Assembly: GCF_014636235.1 (NCBI RefSeq)
Contig: NZ_BMDZ01000050.1
Coordinates: forward strand, 18,797-42,796
Length of the DNA stretch: 24,000 bases
Direction of reading: 5' to 3'
Origin: Tistrella bauzanensis
GTDB lineage: Bacteria > Pseudomonadota > Alphaproteobacteria > Tistrellales > Tistrellaceae
Shown: positions 1 to 7,058 of the stretch, piece by piece
How positions within the stretch are numbered: the stretch's first letter is position 1
Layout of the letters: each line of letters begins with the position of its first letter
Program-made: the position numbers and the translations under genes
The notes under the pieces: generated by a model
What the model was told of the DNA's origin: nothing
Database searches by the model: none
What the model saw: the letters and a program-made list of their open reading frames with translations, nothing else

Positions 1-225
1 GCGGCCGGCTATGACGCCGGCCTCACCAGCCGCGGCGCGGCCGGCATCGAGGATCTGATCGAGGCGGTGTCGGAACTGGGCGGCCGGTTCATGATCTGCG
101 AGATGGGCCTGCGCGCCATCGGCCTGGACCGCACGGCGCTGCGCACCGATATCGGCTTCGAAGAGGGCGGTCTGGTCACGCTCTATCGCATCCTTGGCCC
201 CGACGGCCGGCTGGTGGTCATCTGA
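1..225 (+). CDS. 3' fragment of a DsrE/DsrF-like (sulfur-relay / peroxiredoxin-like) family protein; the 5' end lies outside the window
   Basis: Frame 1 is open from base 1 to TGA at 223-225. The translation ends ...GIEDLIEAVSELGGRFMICEMGLRAIGLDRTALRTDIGFEEGGLVTLYRILGPDGRLVVI. The xxVCEMxxxxxGxxxxxL C-terminal pattern resembles DsrE-family proteins as I remember them. It is not in the ORF track because there is no start codon in the window. The family call is from memory only. Confidence 0.4.
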   Translation, partial: AAGYDAGLTSRGAAGIEDLIEAVSELGGRFMICEMGLRAIGLDRTALRTDIGFEEGGLVTLYRILGPDGRLVVI

Positions 226-288
226 TCCGGCCGGCGCACCGGTCCGGCGCGGGCGGGCGGCGGCGCCCATCCGATCAGTGGCGCCCGA

Positions 289-1182
289 TCAGCGGCGCCC
301 ATCCGGCGCGCGGCGGCTTTCCTCGAAATCGCGCAGCGCCATGGGCTCGAACGGGCCGGCGCCGTTCTCGGCCTCGTTCGCCTCCCGGCGGCCGGCGGCC
401 CGGCCGGATTTGAAGGTCTGCTCGTTGACGAAATCGATCAGCGCCGCGATCAGCCGGTCGCCCTGAGCTTTGTCGACGATGCCGGTGTCGCGCAGGGCCG
501 CGCGCAGATATTCATCGAAGCGGCGCTTCACCTCGGGCGTGCGCTGTGCCCAGTATTCGACCGAGCCGGTGAGATAGCCCAGCATGAACACCTGTTCGGC
601 ATGGACATTGCCGAAATCGGGGTTGGCCAGCGCACGCGCCAGCGCCACCACCCGGCTGACCCGCAGCAGGACGTCGTCGTTCTGGATGGTCGGCGGCCCC
701 TCGGCCAGCTTCAACTGCCGGCTGGCCAGTTCCGCCTGCGGGCGGGCCAGGGCATCACGGGCGGAGGTCAGCACCTCACGCCGGCGTTCGCGGGCATGCG
801 GGGTCTTCGGCCGGGTCCAGAACTCCACCCGCTCGATCAGCTTGGCCAGGCTTTCCGACTTGATAATATAGTCGTCACCGCCGGCTTCCAGGCAGGCACG
901 CACGGTTTCGCGCGTGTCGAGCGAGGACAGGAAGATGATCGGCACCGTGCTGCCCAGAATTTTGCGGATCCGGCCACAGGCCTCGATACCGTCCATGCCC
1001 GGCATCATGATGTCGAGGATGAGCAGCTTGGGCGTGTTCGATATGCACAGCTGTATGGCCTGTTCGCCGTTATTGGCGGTGAACACCGAGAATCCATGCG
1101 CCTCCAGCACATCGCGATAGAGCTTTCGCAGACTGTCCTGGTCCTCGGCGAGGACGATGAGGCCGCGGCTGGTGACGGTCAT
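289..1182 (-). CDS. Response regulator: N-terminal receiver (REC) domain plus a ~170 aa C-terminal domain of unknown function, with no recognisable DNA-binding output
   Basis: This is the C-terminal 297 aa of the 289..1761 ORF, starting at ATG 1182-1180 (MTVTSRGLIVLAEDQD...). REC hallmarks are present: acidic pair ED, phospho-acceptor Asp in LLILDIMMPGMDG, conserved Ser in IFLSS, and Lys in YIIKS. The upstream part of the ORF runs antisense into argD and is rejected. Confidence 0.8.
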   Translation of the reverse strand: MTVTSRGLIVLAEDQDSLRKLYRDVLEAHGFSVFTANNGEQAIQLCISNTPKLLILDIMMPGMDGIEACGRIRKILGSTVPIIFLSSLDTRETVRACLEAGGDDYIIKSESLAKLIERVEFWTRPKTPHARERRREVLTSARDALARPQAELASRQLKLAEGPPTIQNDDVLLRVSRVVALARALANPDFGNVHAEQVFMLGYLTGSVEYWAQRTPEVKRRFDEYLRAALRDTGIVDKAQGDRLIAALIDFVNEQTFKSGRAAGRREANEAENGAGPFEPMALRDFEESRRAPDGRR

Positions 1183-1275
1183 GATCTGCCTGTACTGTCG
1201 CCGCCGCCTGCTTCCCGTGACAGGGAGACAGAACGCCGGCCGGGATCGAGGGCCGTTCGGATCAGGCGCCGGTAC

Positions 1276-1350
1276 GCCGTCCGGTTCAGAACCGTCCGGA
1301 TCGGGGCCATCCGGAGTGGGGCCGTCCGGATCGGGGCCATCCGGATCGGG
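1276..1350. repeat. Tandem array of five 15-nt units, consensus GCCRTCCGGATCGGG, followed by a degenerate sixth unit
   Basis: Read directly: gccgtccggttcaga / accgtccggatcggg / gccatccggagtggg / gccgtccggatcggg / gccatccggatcggg. The array lies in the 441-nt divergent gap between the response regulator (start 1182) and argD (start 1624). Confidence 0.9.
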
Positions 1351-1519
1351 TTCGGGGACGGCCTTGCCTGTGTGACAGGGTGCTGCAACCACCAAGTGTA
1401 TTCTTGAGGGAGGCACCATCCACACACGTCCGTGGCGGACCTTCATATATGATGTGAGCGTACACCGTGCGATGTTCGCGCACCAAGGAAATCCGCCGCT
1501 TCGGCGCTGTGCTGCGCGA

Positions 1520-1548
1520 TTGACAGCACCGGTTCCACACCGGATACT
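1520..1548 (+). promoter_or_regulatory. Candidate sigma70-type promoter for argD (TTGACA - 17 nt - GATACT)
   Basis: TTGACA is at 1520-1525, followed by a 17-nt spacer and GATACT at 1543-1548 (4/6 match to TATAAT). The site is about 75 nt upstream of the argD ATG. This is a pattern match only. Confidence 0.35.
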
Positions 1549-1623
1549 CGCCCCTTTCCGTCGTGTCCGCCACAGTCCGTGTGCGGATATCCAGACGGAT
1601 CCCCACACGAGGAGCGAGGGACG

Positions 1624-2823
1624 ATGATCCCGGCCGTGATGCCGACCTATGCGCGGACAGATCTGACGTTCGACAAGGGCGAGGGCGCATATCTCTACAC
1701 GGCGGACGGGCGACGATTCCTCGATTTCGCCAGCGGCATCGCCGTGAATGCTCTGGGGCATTCACATCCGCATCTGGTGTCGGCGCTGACCGGCCAGGCG
1801 GCGAAGCTGTGGCATGTATCGAACCTGTATCAGAGCCCCGGCCAGCAGCAGGCCGCCGAAAGGCTGGTCGCCGCAACCTTCGCCGATACGGTGTTCTTCT
1901 CCAATTCCGGCGCCGAGGCGATCGAATGCGGCATCAAGATGGTGCGGCGCTATTTCGACCTGTCCAACCAGCCTGGTCGTTACCGGATCATCACCGTTCA
2001 GGGCGCCTTCCACGGCCGCACGCTGGCGACGCTGGCAGCGGCGGGCAACCCGAAATATCTCGACGGCTATGATCCGGTGGTCGACGGCTTCGACCATGTG
2101 CCCTTCGGCGATCTGGACGCGGCCGCGGCCGCGGTCACGGCCGAGACCGCGGCGATCCTGATCGAGCCGGTTCAGGGCGAGGGCGGCATCCGGCCGGCGG
2201 CGCTGGACTATCTGCGCGGCCTGCGCAAGCTTGCCGACGAACATGGCCTGCTGCTGTTCCTAGACGAGGTCCAGTGCGGCTTCGGCCGGACGGGAAAGCT
2301 GTTCGCCCATGAATGGGCGGGTATCGCCCCCGATATCATGGCGGTGGCCAAGGGTATCGGCTCGGGCTTCCCGATGGGTGCGTGTCTTGCGACCGAAAAA
2401 GTCGCCAATGTCATGGGCCCCGGCAGCCACGGCTCCACCTTTGGCGGCGGACCGCTGGCGATGGCGGTGTGCAACGCCGTGCTGGACGTGATGCTGGAAG
2501 ACGGCTTCCTCGATCAGGTGCAGCGCGCATCCGACCGCTTGTGGGGCGAGCTGTCGCAACTGGTGCCGAACTATCCAAACGTGCTGACCGAGGTGCGCGG
2601 CGCCGGACTGATGCTGGGCCTGAAATGCGCCGCCGCCAACGGCCGCATGGTCGATGCCTTCCGTGCCAACGGGCTGCTGACCGTGCCGGCCGGCGACAAT
2701 GTCGTGCGCCTGCTGCCGCCGTTGATCATCGGTGATGCCGAGATCGACGAGGCGCTGGACGCCATCCGGCGCGCCTGCGATCAGGTTGCCGCCGAGATCG
2801 GAACAGAGGAGGCCGCAGGATGA
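1624..2823 (+). CDS. argD: Acetylornithine aminotransferase (class-III PLP aminotransferase)
   Basis: MIPAVMPTYARTDLTFDKGEGAYLYTADGRRFLDFASGIAVNALGHSHPHLV...LWHVSNLY...DEVQCGFGRTGKLFAHEW is a typical ArgD sequence. The ATG at 1624 is preceded by GGAGCGAGGGA. The track ORF starts earlier at a GTG (1579). The stop overlaps the argF start (ATGA). Confidence 0.9.
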   Translation: MIPAVMPTYARTDLTFDKGEGAYLYTADGRRFLDFASGIAVNALGHSHPHLVSALTGQAAKLWHVSNLYQSPGQQQAAERLVAATFADTVFFSNSGAEAIECGIKMVRRYFDLSNQPGRYRIITVQGAFHGRTLATLAAAGNPKYLDGYDPVVDGFDHVPFGDLDAAAAAVTAETAAILIEPVQGEGGIRPAALDYLRGLRKLADEHGLLLFLDEVQCGFGRTGKLFAHEWAGIAPDIMAVAKGIGSGFPMGACLATEKVANVMGPGSHGSTFGGGPLAMAVCNAVLDVMLEDGFLDQVQRASDRLWGELSQLVPNYPNVLTEVRGAGLMLGLKCAAANGRMVDAFRANGLLTVPAGDNVVRLLPPLIIGDAEIDEALDAIRRACDQVAAEIGTEEAAG

Positions 2824-3803
2824 CGGCCGCTGACATGACCACCCTGATCCGGCTGCGGCCGGCCGGGGCGCCACCGCGCCATTTTCTGGACCTGGACGCC
2901 ATGGCGACCAGCGATCTGCGCGCGATGCTGGATTTCGCCCATGCGCTGAAGGCGCGGCGCAGGGCGGGCATACGCCCGCCGCTGCTGGCCGGGCGTACCC
3001 TGGCGATGATCTTCGAAAAGCCGTCGACCCGCACCCGGGTGTCGTTCGAGGTGGGGATGAACGAGCTGGGCGGTTCGGCCCTGATCATCAGCCCGCAGGA
3101 CAGCCAGCTTGGCCGCGGCGAGACCATTGCCGACACCGCCCGCGTGCTGTCGCAATATGTCGACGCGATCATGATCCGCTGCCATGCGCATGAAACGCTG
3201 GAAGATCTGGCGGCCCATGCCACCGTGCCGGTGATCAACGGCCTGACCCGCCATTCGCATCCCTGCCAGCTGATGGCCGACCTGATGACCCTGGAGGAAC
3301 GCTGGGGCGCCGGCGGGCTGGCCGGACGCCGGATCGCCTGGGTGGGTGACGGCAACAACATGTGCACCACCTTCATGCAGGCGGCGGTGCATTTCGGCTT
3401 CGAGCTGACCGTGGCCTGCCCCGCCGCCTATCAGCCGGCGCCGTCGATCGCCGAGGCGGCCCGCGCCCGCGGCGCCCGCATCCAGGTCGGCACCGACATC
3501 GCCGATGCGGTGACCGGCGCCGATTGCGTGGTCACCGACACCTGGGTGTCGATGGACAGCAAGGATGCCGAGGCTCGCCAGCGGGATTTCCCCGCCTATC
3601 AGGTGAATGATGCGGTGATGGCGATGGCGGCGCCGGGTGCGGTGTTCATGCATTGCCTGCCGGCCCATCGCGGCGAGGAAGTCACCGATGCGGTGATGGA
3701 CGGCCCGGCATCGGTCGTGTTCGAAGAGGCCGGCAACCGCCTGCACGCCCAGAAGGCGGTGCTGGCGTGGTGCCTGGACGTCATGGAGCCTGTCAATGAC
3801 TGA
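2820..3803 (+). CDS. argF: Ornithine carbamoyltransferase
   Basis: The diagnostic motifs are present: FEKPSTRTRVSFE, HPCQLMADL and FMHCLPAHRGEEV. The ATG at 2820 overlaps the argD TGA (2821-2823). A later Met at 2835 is an alternative start. Confidence 0.92.
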   Translation: MTAADMTTLIRLRPAGAPPRHFLDLDAMATSDLRAMLDFAHALKARRRAGIRPPLLAGRTLAMIFEKPSTRTRVSFEVGMNELGGSALIISPQDSQLGRGETIADTARVLSQYVDAIMIRCHAHETLEDLAAHATVPVINGLTRHSHPCQLMADLMTLEERWGAGGLAGRRIAWVGDGNNMCTTFMQAAVHFGFELTVACPAAYQPAPSIAEAARARGARIQVGTDIADAVTGADCVVTDTWVSMDSKDAEARQRDFPAYQVNDAVMAMAAPGAVFMHCLPAHRGEEVTDAVMDGPASVVFEEAGNRLHAQKAVLAWCLDVMEPVND

Positions 3804-4887
3804 TCCGCGAACCCGCCCCGGCCCCGATGCGGGGCCGGCCGCGGGCGGCGAGGACGGCGAGACCGGCGAGCGGTCGACTTCGGTCGACCGCTCGTCTGCG
3901 TTGCGGCCGGATGTCGACATGTCGCAGCCCTTCCGGCTGGATGTCGACATGTCGCAGCCCTTCCGGCTGCCGTGGGGCCAGGCCCGGGGCCGTCTGGCGC
4001 GGATCGGGCCGGCGCTGGACGAGATCGTCACCCGCCATGCCTATCCGGTGGCAGTGTCGATGGTGCTGGCCGAACTGGTGACGCTGGCCGCCATGGTCGC
4101 CCATTCGCTGAAGACCGAGGGCGTGTTCACGGTGCAGGTGCGCGGCGACGGGCCGGTGGCGCTGATAGTGGCCGATGCGACCGCGTCAGGCGCCTTGCGT
4201 GGCTATGCCCAGTTCGATGCCGATGCGGTGGCGGCACTGGACCAGCCGGTGGCGGGGGTGCGCCACAGCGGCGCACCGTCGATGCCCCGGCTGTTCGGCC
4301 GCGCCTATCTGGCCCTGACGCTGGACCCCGGCCAGGGCATGGAGCGCTATCAGGGCATCGTCGAGCTGGATGGCGAGCGGCTGGCCGATGCGGTCCATGG
4401 CTATTTCCGGCTGTCGGAGCAGATCGAGAGCGCGGTGCGCTTCGCGGTCGCCCCGCCCGCCGATGGCACCGCCACCGGCTGGCGCGCCGGCGGACTGCTG
4501 CTGCAACGCATGCCCGACGAAGGCGGCATCGGTGCCGCCGGCGTCGAGGATGAGGAAGATGGCTGGCGGCGCGCGGTGCTGCTGGCCTCCAGCATCCGCG
4601 ACGCCGAACTGACCGATCCGGCGCTGCCTCTGGATCAGGTGCTGCTGCGGTTATTCCACGAGGACGGCGTGGTGGTCTATGATCCACTGGCGCTGGCCTT
4701 CGCCTGCCGCTGTTCAACCGGCCGCGTGGAAGGGCTGATCCGCAGCCTGCCCGCCGACGATCTGGCCGATCTGACGGTGGAGGGCAAGGTCGACGTGGTC
4801 TGCGAGTTCTGCGGGACGTCTTATGTCTATGACGAGGGCGACATCGCGCGGCTGCGCGCCGGCGACCATGATCACGACCACCCCTGA
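3796..4887 (+). CDS. hslO: Hsp33-family redox-regulated chaperone
   Basis: The C-terminal zinc centre CRCS...CEFCGTSY is present, together with an N-terminal ARGRLARIGPALDEIVTRHAYP block typical of Hsp33. The start is uncertain. ATG 3796 overlaps the argF end by 8 nt, and GC3 in that frame is about 80% by eye. In-frame ATGs at 3919 and 3949, one in each copy of a 30-bp duplication, would give a more typical length. Confidence 0.85.
   Translation: MTDPRTRPGPDAGPAAGGEDGETGERSTSVDRSSALRPDVDMSQPFRLDVDMSQPFRLPWGQARGRLARIGPALDEIVTRHAYPVAVSMVLAELVTLAAMVAHSLKTEGVFTVQVRGDGPVALIVADATASGALRGYAQFDADAVAALDQPVAGVRHSGAPSMPRLFGRAYLALTLDPGQGMERYQGIVELDGERLADAVHGYFRLSEQIESAVRFAVAPPADGTATGWRAGGLLLQRMPDEGGIGAAGVEDEEDGWRRAVLLASSIRDAELTDPALPLDQVLLRLFHEDGVVVYDPLALAFACRCSTGRVEGLIRSLPADDLADLTVEGKVDVVCEFCGTSYVYDEGDIARLRAGDHDHDHP
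3909..3968. repeat. Perfect 30-bp tandem duplication (2 copies) inside the 5' part of hslO
   Basis: ggatgtcgacatgtcgcagcccttccggct at 3909-3938 is repeated exactly at 3939-3968. It is in frame and duplicates the decapeptide DVDMSQPFRL, including an in-frame ATG. Confidence 0.95.
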
Positions 4888-4930
4888 CCCGCGCTGAGCA
4901 ACCGGCCCGGCGACACTGCCGGCCCGCCCA

Positions 4931-5560
4931 ATGATGGACATGCCGATGACATTCCCCGTGTCCCACCTGTCGCGCCGCCGCCTGCTGGGCCTGAGCGCCG
5001 CCATTGCCGCCGGCGGGCTGGTGACGGCCTGTGCGTCCGAGCCGCTGCCCGAGGGGCCGAAGCCGATCCGCTTCGACGACAAGCCGAAATTCCGGATGAA
5101 TGTCGCCCGCGTCCAGCTGCTGGACAATTACCAGCCACCGCGCGCGGCCCCCAATGTCGAGCATCTGTTTCCAACCGCGCCCGCGCGCGCGGCCGGCGAC
5201 TGGGCCCGCGACCGGCTGGAAGCCGCCGGCGTGTCTGGCACCGCGCGTTTCGTGATCCGGGATGCCAGCGTGGTCGAGGAACCGCTGCCGCAGACCGGCG
5301 GCATCCGCGGCACCTTCACCGACGAGCCGACCGACAAATACAATTGCACGCTGATCGTGGCGCTGGAGATCCTGTCGGAGGCCGGCGAGCGCCTGGCTTA
5401 TGTCGAGGTCGAGGCGCGGCTGACCCGGTCGATCGATGCCGCCGGATCGCCGCTGGCGCGGGAACTCGCCTTCAACCGTATGACTCGCGACCTGATGACG
5501 GCTCTCGACCAGAGGTTGGATGAAAACCTGCGCACGACCCTGAAGGACTACGTCCTCTGA
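4931..5560 (+). CDS. Putative exported lipoprotein of unknown function (twin-arginine-like signal plus lipobox)
   Basis: The N-terminus MMDMPMTFPVSHLSRRRLLGLSAAIAAGGLVTAC contains an SRRRLL Tat-like motif, a hydrophobic core and a lipobox (V-T-A-C). The rest has coding-like composition but no family I recognise. Confidence 0.65.
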   Translation: MMDMPMTFPVSHLSRRRLLGLSAAIAAGGLVTACASEPLPEGPKPIRFDDKPKFRMNVARVQLLDNYQPPRAAPNVEHLFPTAPARAAGDWARDRLEAAGVSGTARFVIRDASVVEEPLPQTGGIRGTFTDEPTDKYNCTLIVALEILSEAGERLAYVEVEARLTRSIDAAGSPLARELAFNRMTRDLMTALDQRLDENLRTTLKDYVL

Positions 5561-5618
5561 CGGTATGGCTGCAGGACGTCATGACTTTATCGTTGCCGAA
5601 TACAAAACCTCTGGTGGT

Positions 5619-5647
5619 TTGACACCGGCGATCATATCCCATAGGTT
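5619..5647 (+). promoter_or_regulatory. Candidate promoter for the IclR gene (TTGACA - 17 nt - TAGGTT) in an AT-rich island
   Basis: TTGACA is at 5619-5624 and TAGGTT at 5642-5647. The region 5570-5660 is clearly lower in GC than its flanks. The -10 element is weak (3/6). Confidence 0.3.
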
Positions 5648-5705
5648 CATTCCACCGTCGGCTGACCGGTCGTCACCGGCGGCCGAGGGTGTGGAGGACC
5701 GGGGC

Positions 5706-6656
5706 ATGAGCCGGATGACGGGTATCGATGAGGGAACGCGCGTCAGGCGCGACAATGGCACAGCCGTGGCCGCGCCGATGGCCGCGGCCGGGCGCGCCGC
5801 ACATGAGGGCGGGGCGGTCGCGGACGCCCCGCCGCCGCCCGCCACGCGCCGCACCGCCGATGCCGGCAATGTCCAGAGCGTGGCCCGCGCCGCCGCCATT
5901 TTGCGGGTGCTGGCCGGCCATGTCGGCGAAGGCGCACGGCTGTCGGAAATCGCGGTCTCGACCGGGCTGCACAAGGCCACCGCCCACCGGCTGCTGGCCG
6001 CGCTGAAGGAACAGGGGCTGGTCGACAAATCGACCGATACCCACCGCTATCATCTGGGGCTGGAACTGTTCCTGCTGGGCTCGTCGGCATCCAACCGTTT
6101 CAGCATCCGCGACATCGCCCGGGCCTCGCTGCAACGGCTGGCCGAACAGACCGGCGACACGGTCTATCTGTTCGTGCGCAGCGGCATGGATGCGCTGTGC
6201 GTCGACCGGGTGGAGGGCCACTTTCCGATCCGCACGCTCAGCCTGGATATCGGCGGCCGCCGGCCGCTGGGGGTGTCGTCGGGCTCGCTCGCGCTGCTGG
6301 CGGCGCTGGGCGACGACGAGGTGGAACAAGTGCTGTCGGCCAACAGCGAGCGCTATGCCCGCTTCGGCTGCCGCCCCGAGGATGTGGGCCGGATGGTCAG
6401 CGCCACCCGCCGCGACGGCCACGCGATCAGCGACGGCATGGTGGTGCCGGGAATGTGCGCGGTGGCGGTGGCGGTGCGCGACCGGTCCGGCCTGCCGGTG
6501 GCGGCGATCACGGTGGGTGCGATCAGCCAGCGCATGGACGCCGTCCGCCGTGTGCAGATCGTCGCCCAGATGGCGGCCGAGGCCCGGCGGATCGAACAGG
6601 CCCTGCAACCCCTGGCAACCCCACAGCGCAAGCGCCGGGCCGCCCGCGCCACCTGA
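5706..6656 (+). CDS. IclR-family transcriptional regulator
   Basis: An HTH region (VQSVARAAAILRVLAGH...LSEIAVSTGLHKATAHRLLAALKEQGLV) is followed by an IclR effector domain (...GRRPLGVSSGSLALLAAL...DGMVVPGMCAVAVAV...). I prefer ATG 5706 (GGAGGA 8 nt upstream) over the track start at 5565, which lies in AT-rich non-coding-looking sequence. Confidence 0.85.
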   Translation: MSRMTGIDEGTRVRRDNGTAVAAPMAAAGRAAHEGGAVADAPPPPATRRTADAGNVQSVARAAAILRVLAGHVGEGARLSEIAVSTGLHKATAHRLLAALKEQGLVDKSTDTHRYHLGLELFLLGSSASNRFSIRDIARASLQRLAEQTGDTVYLFVRSGMDALCVDRVEGHFPIRTLSLDIGGRRPLGVSSGSLALLAALGDDEVEQVLSANSERYARFGCRPEDVGRMVSATRRDGHAISDGMVVPGMCAVAVAVRDRSGLPVAAITVGAISQRMDAVRRVQIVAQMAAEARRIEQALQPLATPQRKRRAARAT

Positions 6657-6663
6657 GGCGCCT

Positions 6664-6725
6664 GCTGCCTGCCCCCTCCGCTGCCTGCCCCCTCCGCTGC
6701 CCGCCCCCTCCGCTGCCTGCCCCCC
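6664..6725. repeat. Tandem array of about 3.9 copies of a 16-nt C-rich unit, GCTGCCTGCCCCCTCC
   Basis: gctgcctgccccctcc (6664-6679), gctgcctgccccctcc (6680-6695), gctgcccgccccctcc (6696-6711), gctgcctgcccccc (6712-6725). The array begins 8 nt after the IclR stop codon. Confidence 0.9.
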
Positions 6726-7058
6726 GACCACTGCCTGGCCCACGGGAACCTGCCAGCGCCGGCGCTGCCGGGGCTTGACAGATGGCGGCCAGTGAGTCAC
6801 AAGCCTGTCTTCGCGTGAAACCGGATGGCTTCGGCCGTTCGGGCCCGGCCATATGGCCTTGCGCGGATCGTCACGCCGGATGATTGTCGAGCGGGAGCCC
6901 TGGTGCCCCGGCATGGCGATCGGCCGGCGCTACGCCCGGTCGGGCGGTGGCGCCTTGGGGGAGCGATCCTTCATTGCTGACACCGACCGCCGATGGGAGC
7001 ATCGACAGGGTCACGATCCCCGTGGCCCCGGCTCCGAGCGAGACGGTGAGACAAAGAG

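Noticed and set aside
289-1761. The full 490-aa ORF, read as a response regulator with a long N-terminal extension containing PDPDG repeats
   Set aside because: The first ~45 codons are antisense to the well-supported argD coding region. The REC domain begins immediately at the internal ATG 1182, and GC3 of the repeat segment (about two-thirds by eye) is lower than in the confirmed genes. Intermediate starts at 1446 or 1418 cannot be strictly excluded and are mentioned in the findings.
5565-5705. The upstream start (5565) for the IclR gene given by the ORF track
   Set aside because: This segment is AT-rich and contains a promoter-like TTGACA. The ATG at 5706 has a GGAGGA SD sequence, so the extension looks like read-through of the leader.
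1276-6725. The tandem repeat arrays (1276-1350 and 6664-6725) as CRISPR arrays
   Set aside because: The units are 15-16 nt and directly abutting, with no unique spacers, and there are no cas genes. They are simple tandem repeats.
6823-6836. A 14-mer, atggcttcggccgt, shared between 6823-6836 and 14650-14663, as a possible dispersed REP-like element
   Set aside because: The flanks do not align. One chance 14-mer match is roughly expected in a 24-kb GC-biased window, and both copies are just small UUCG hairpins.
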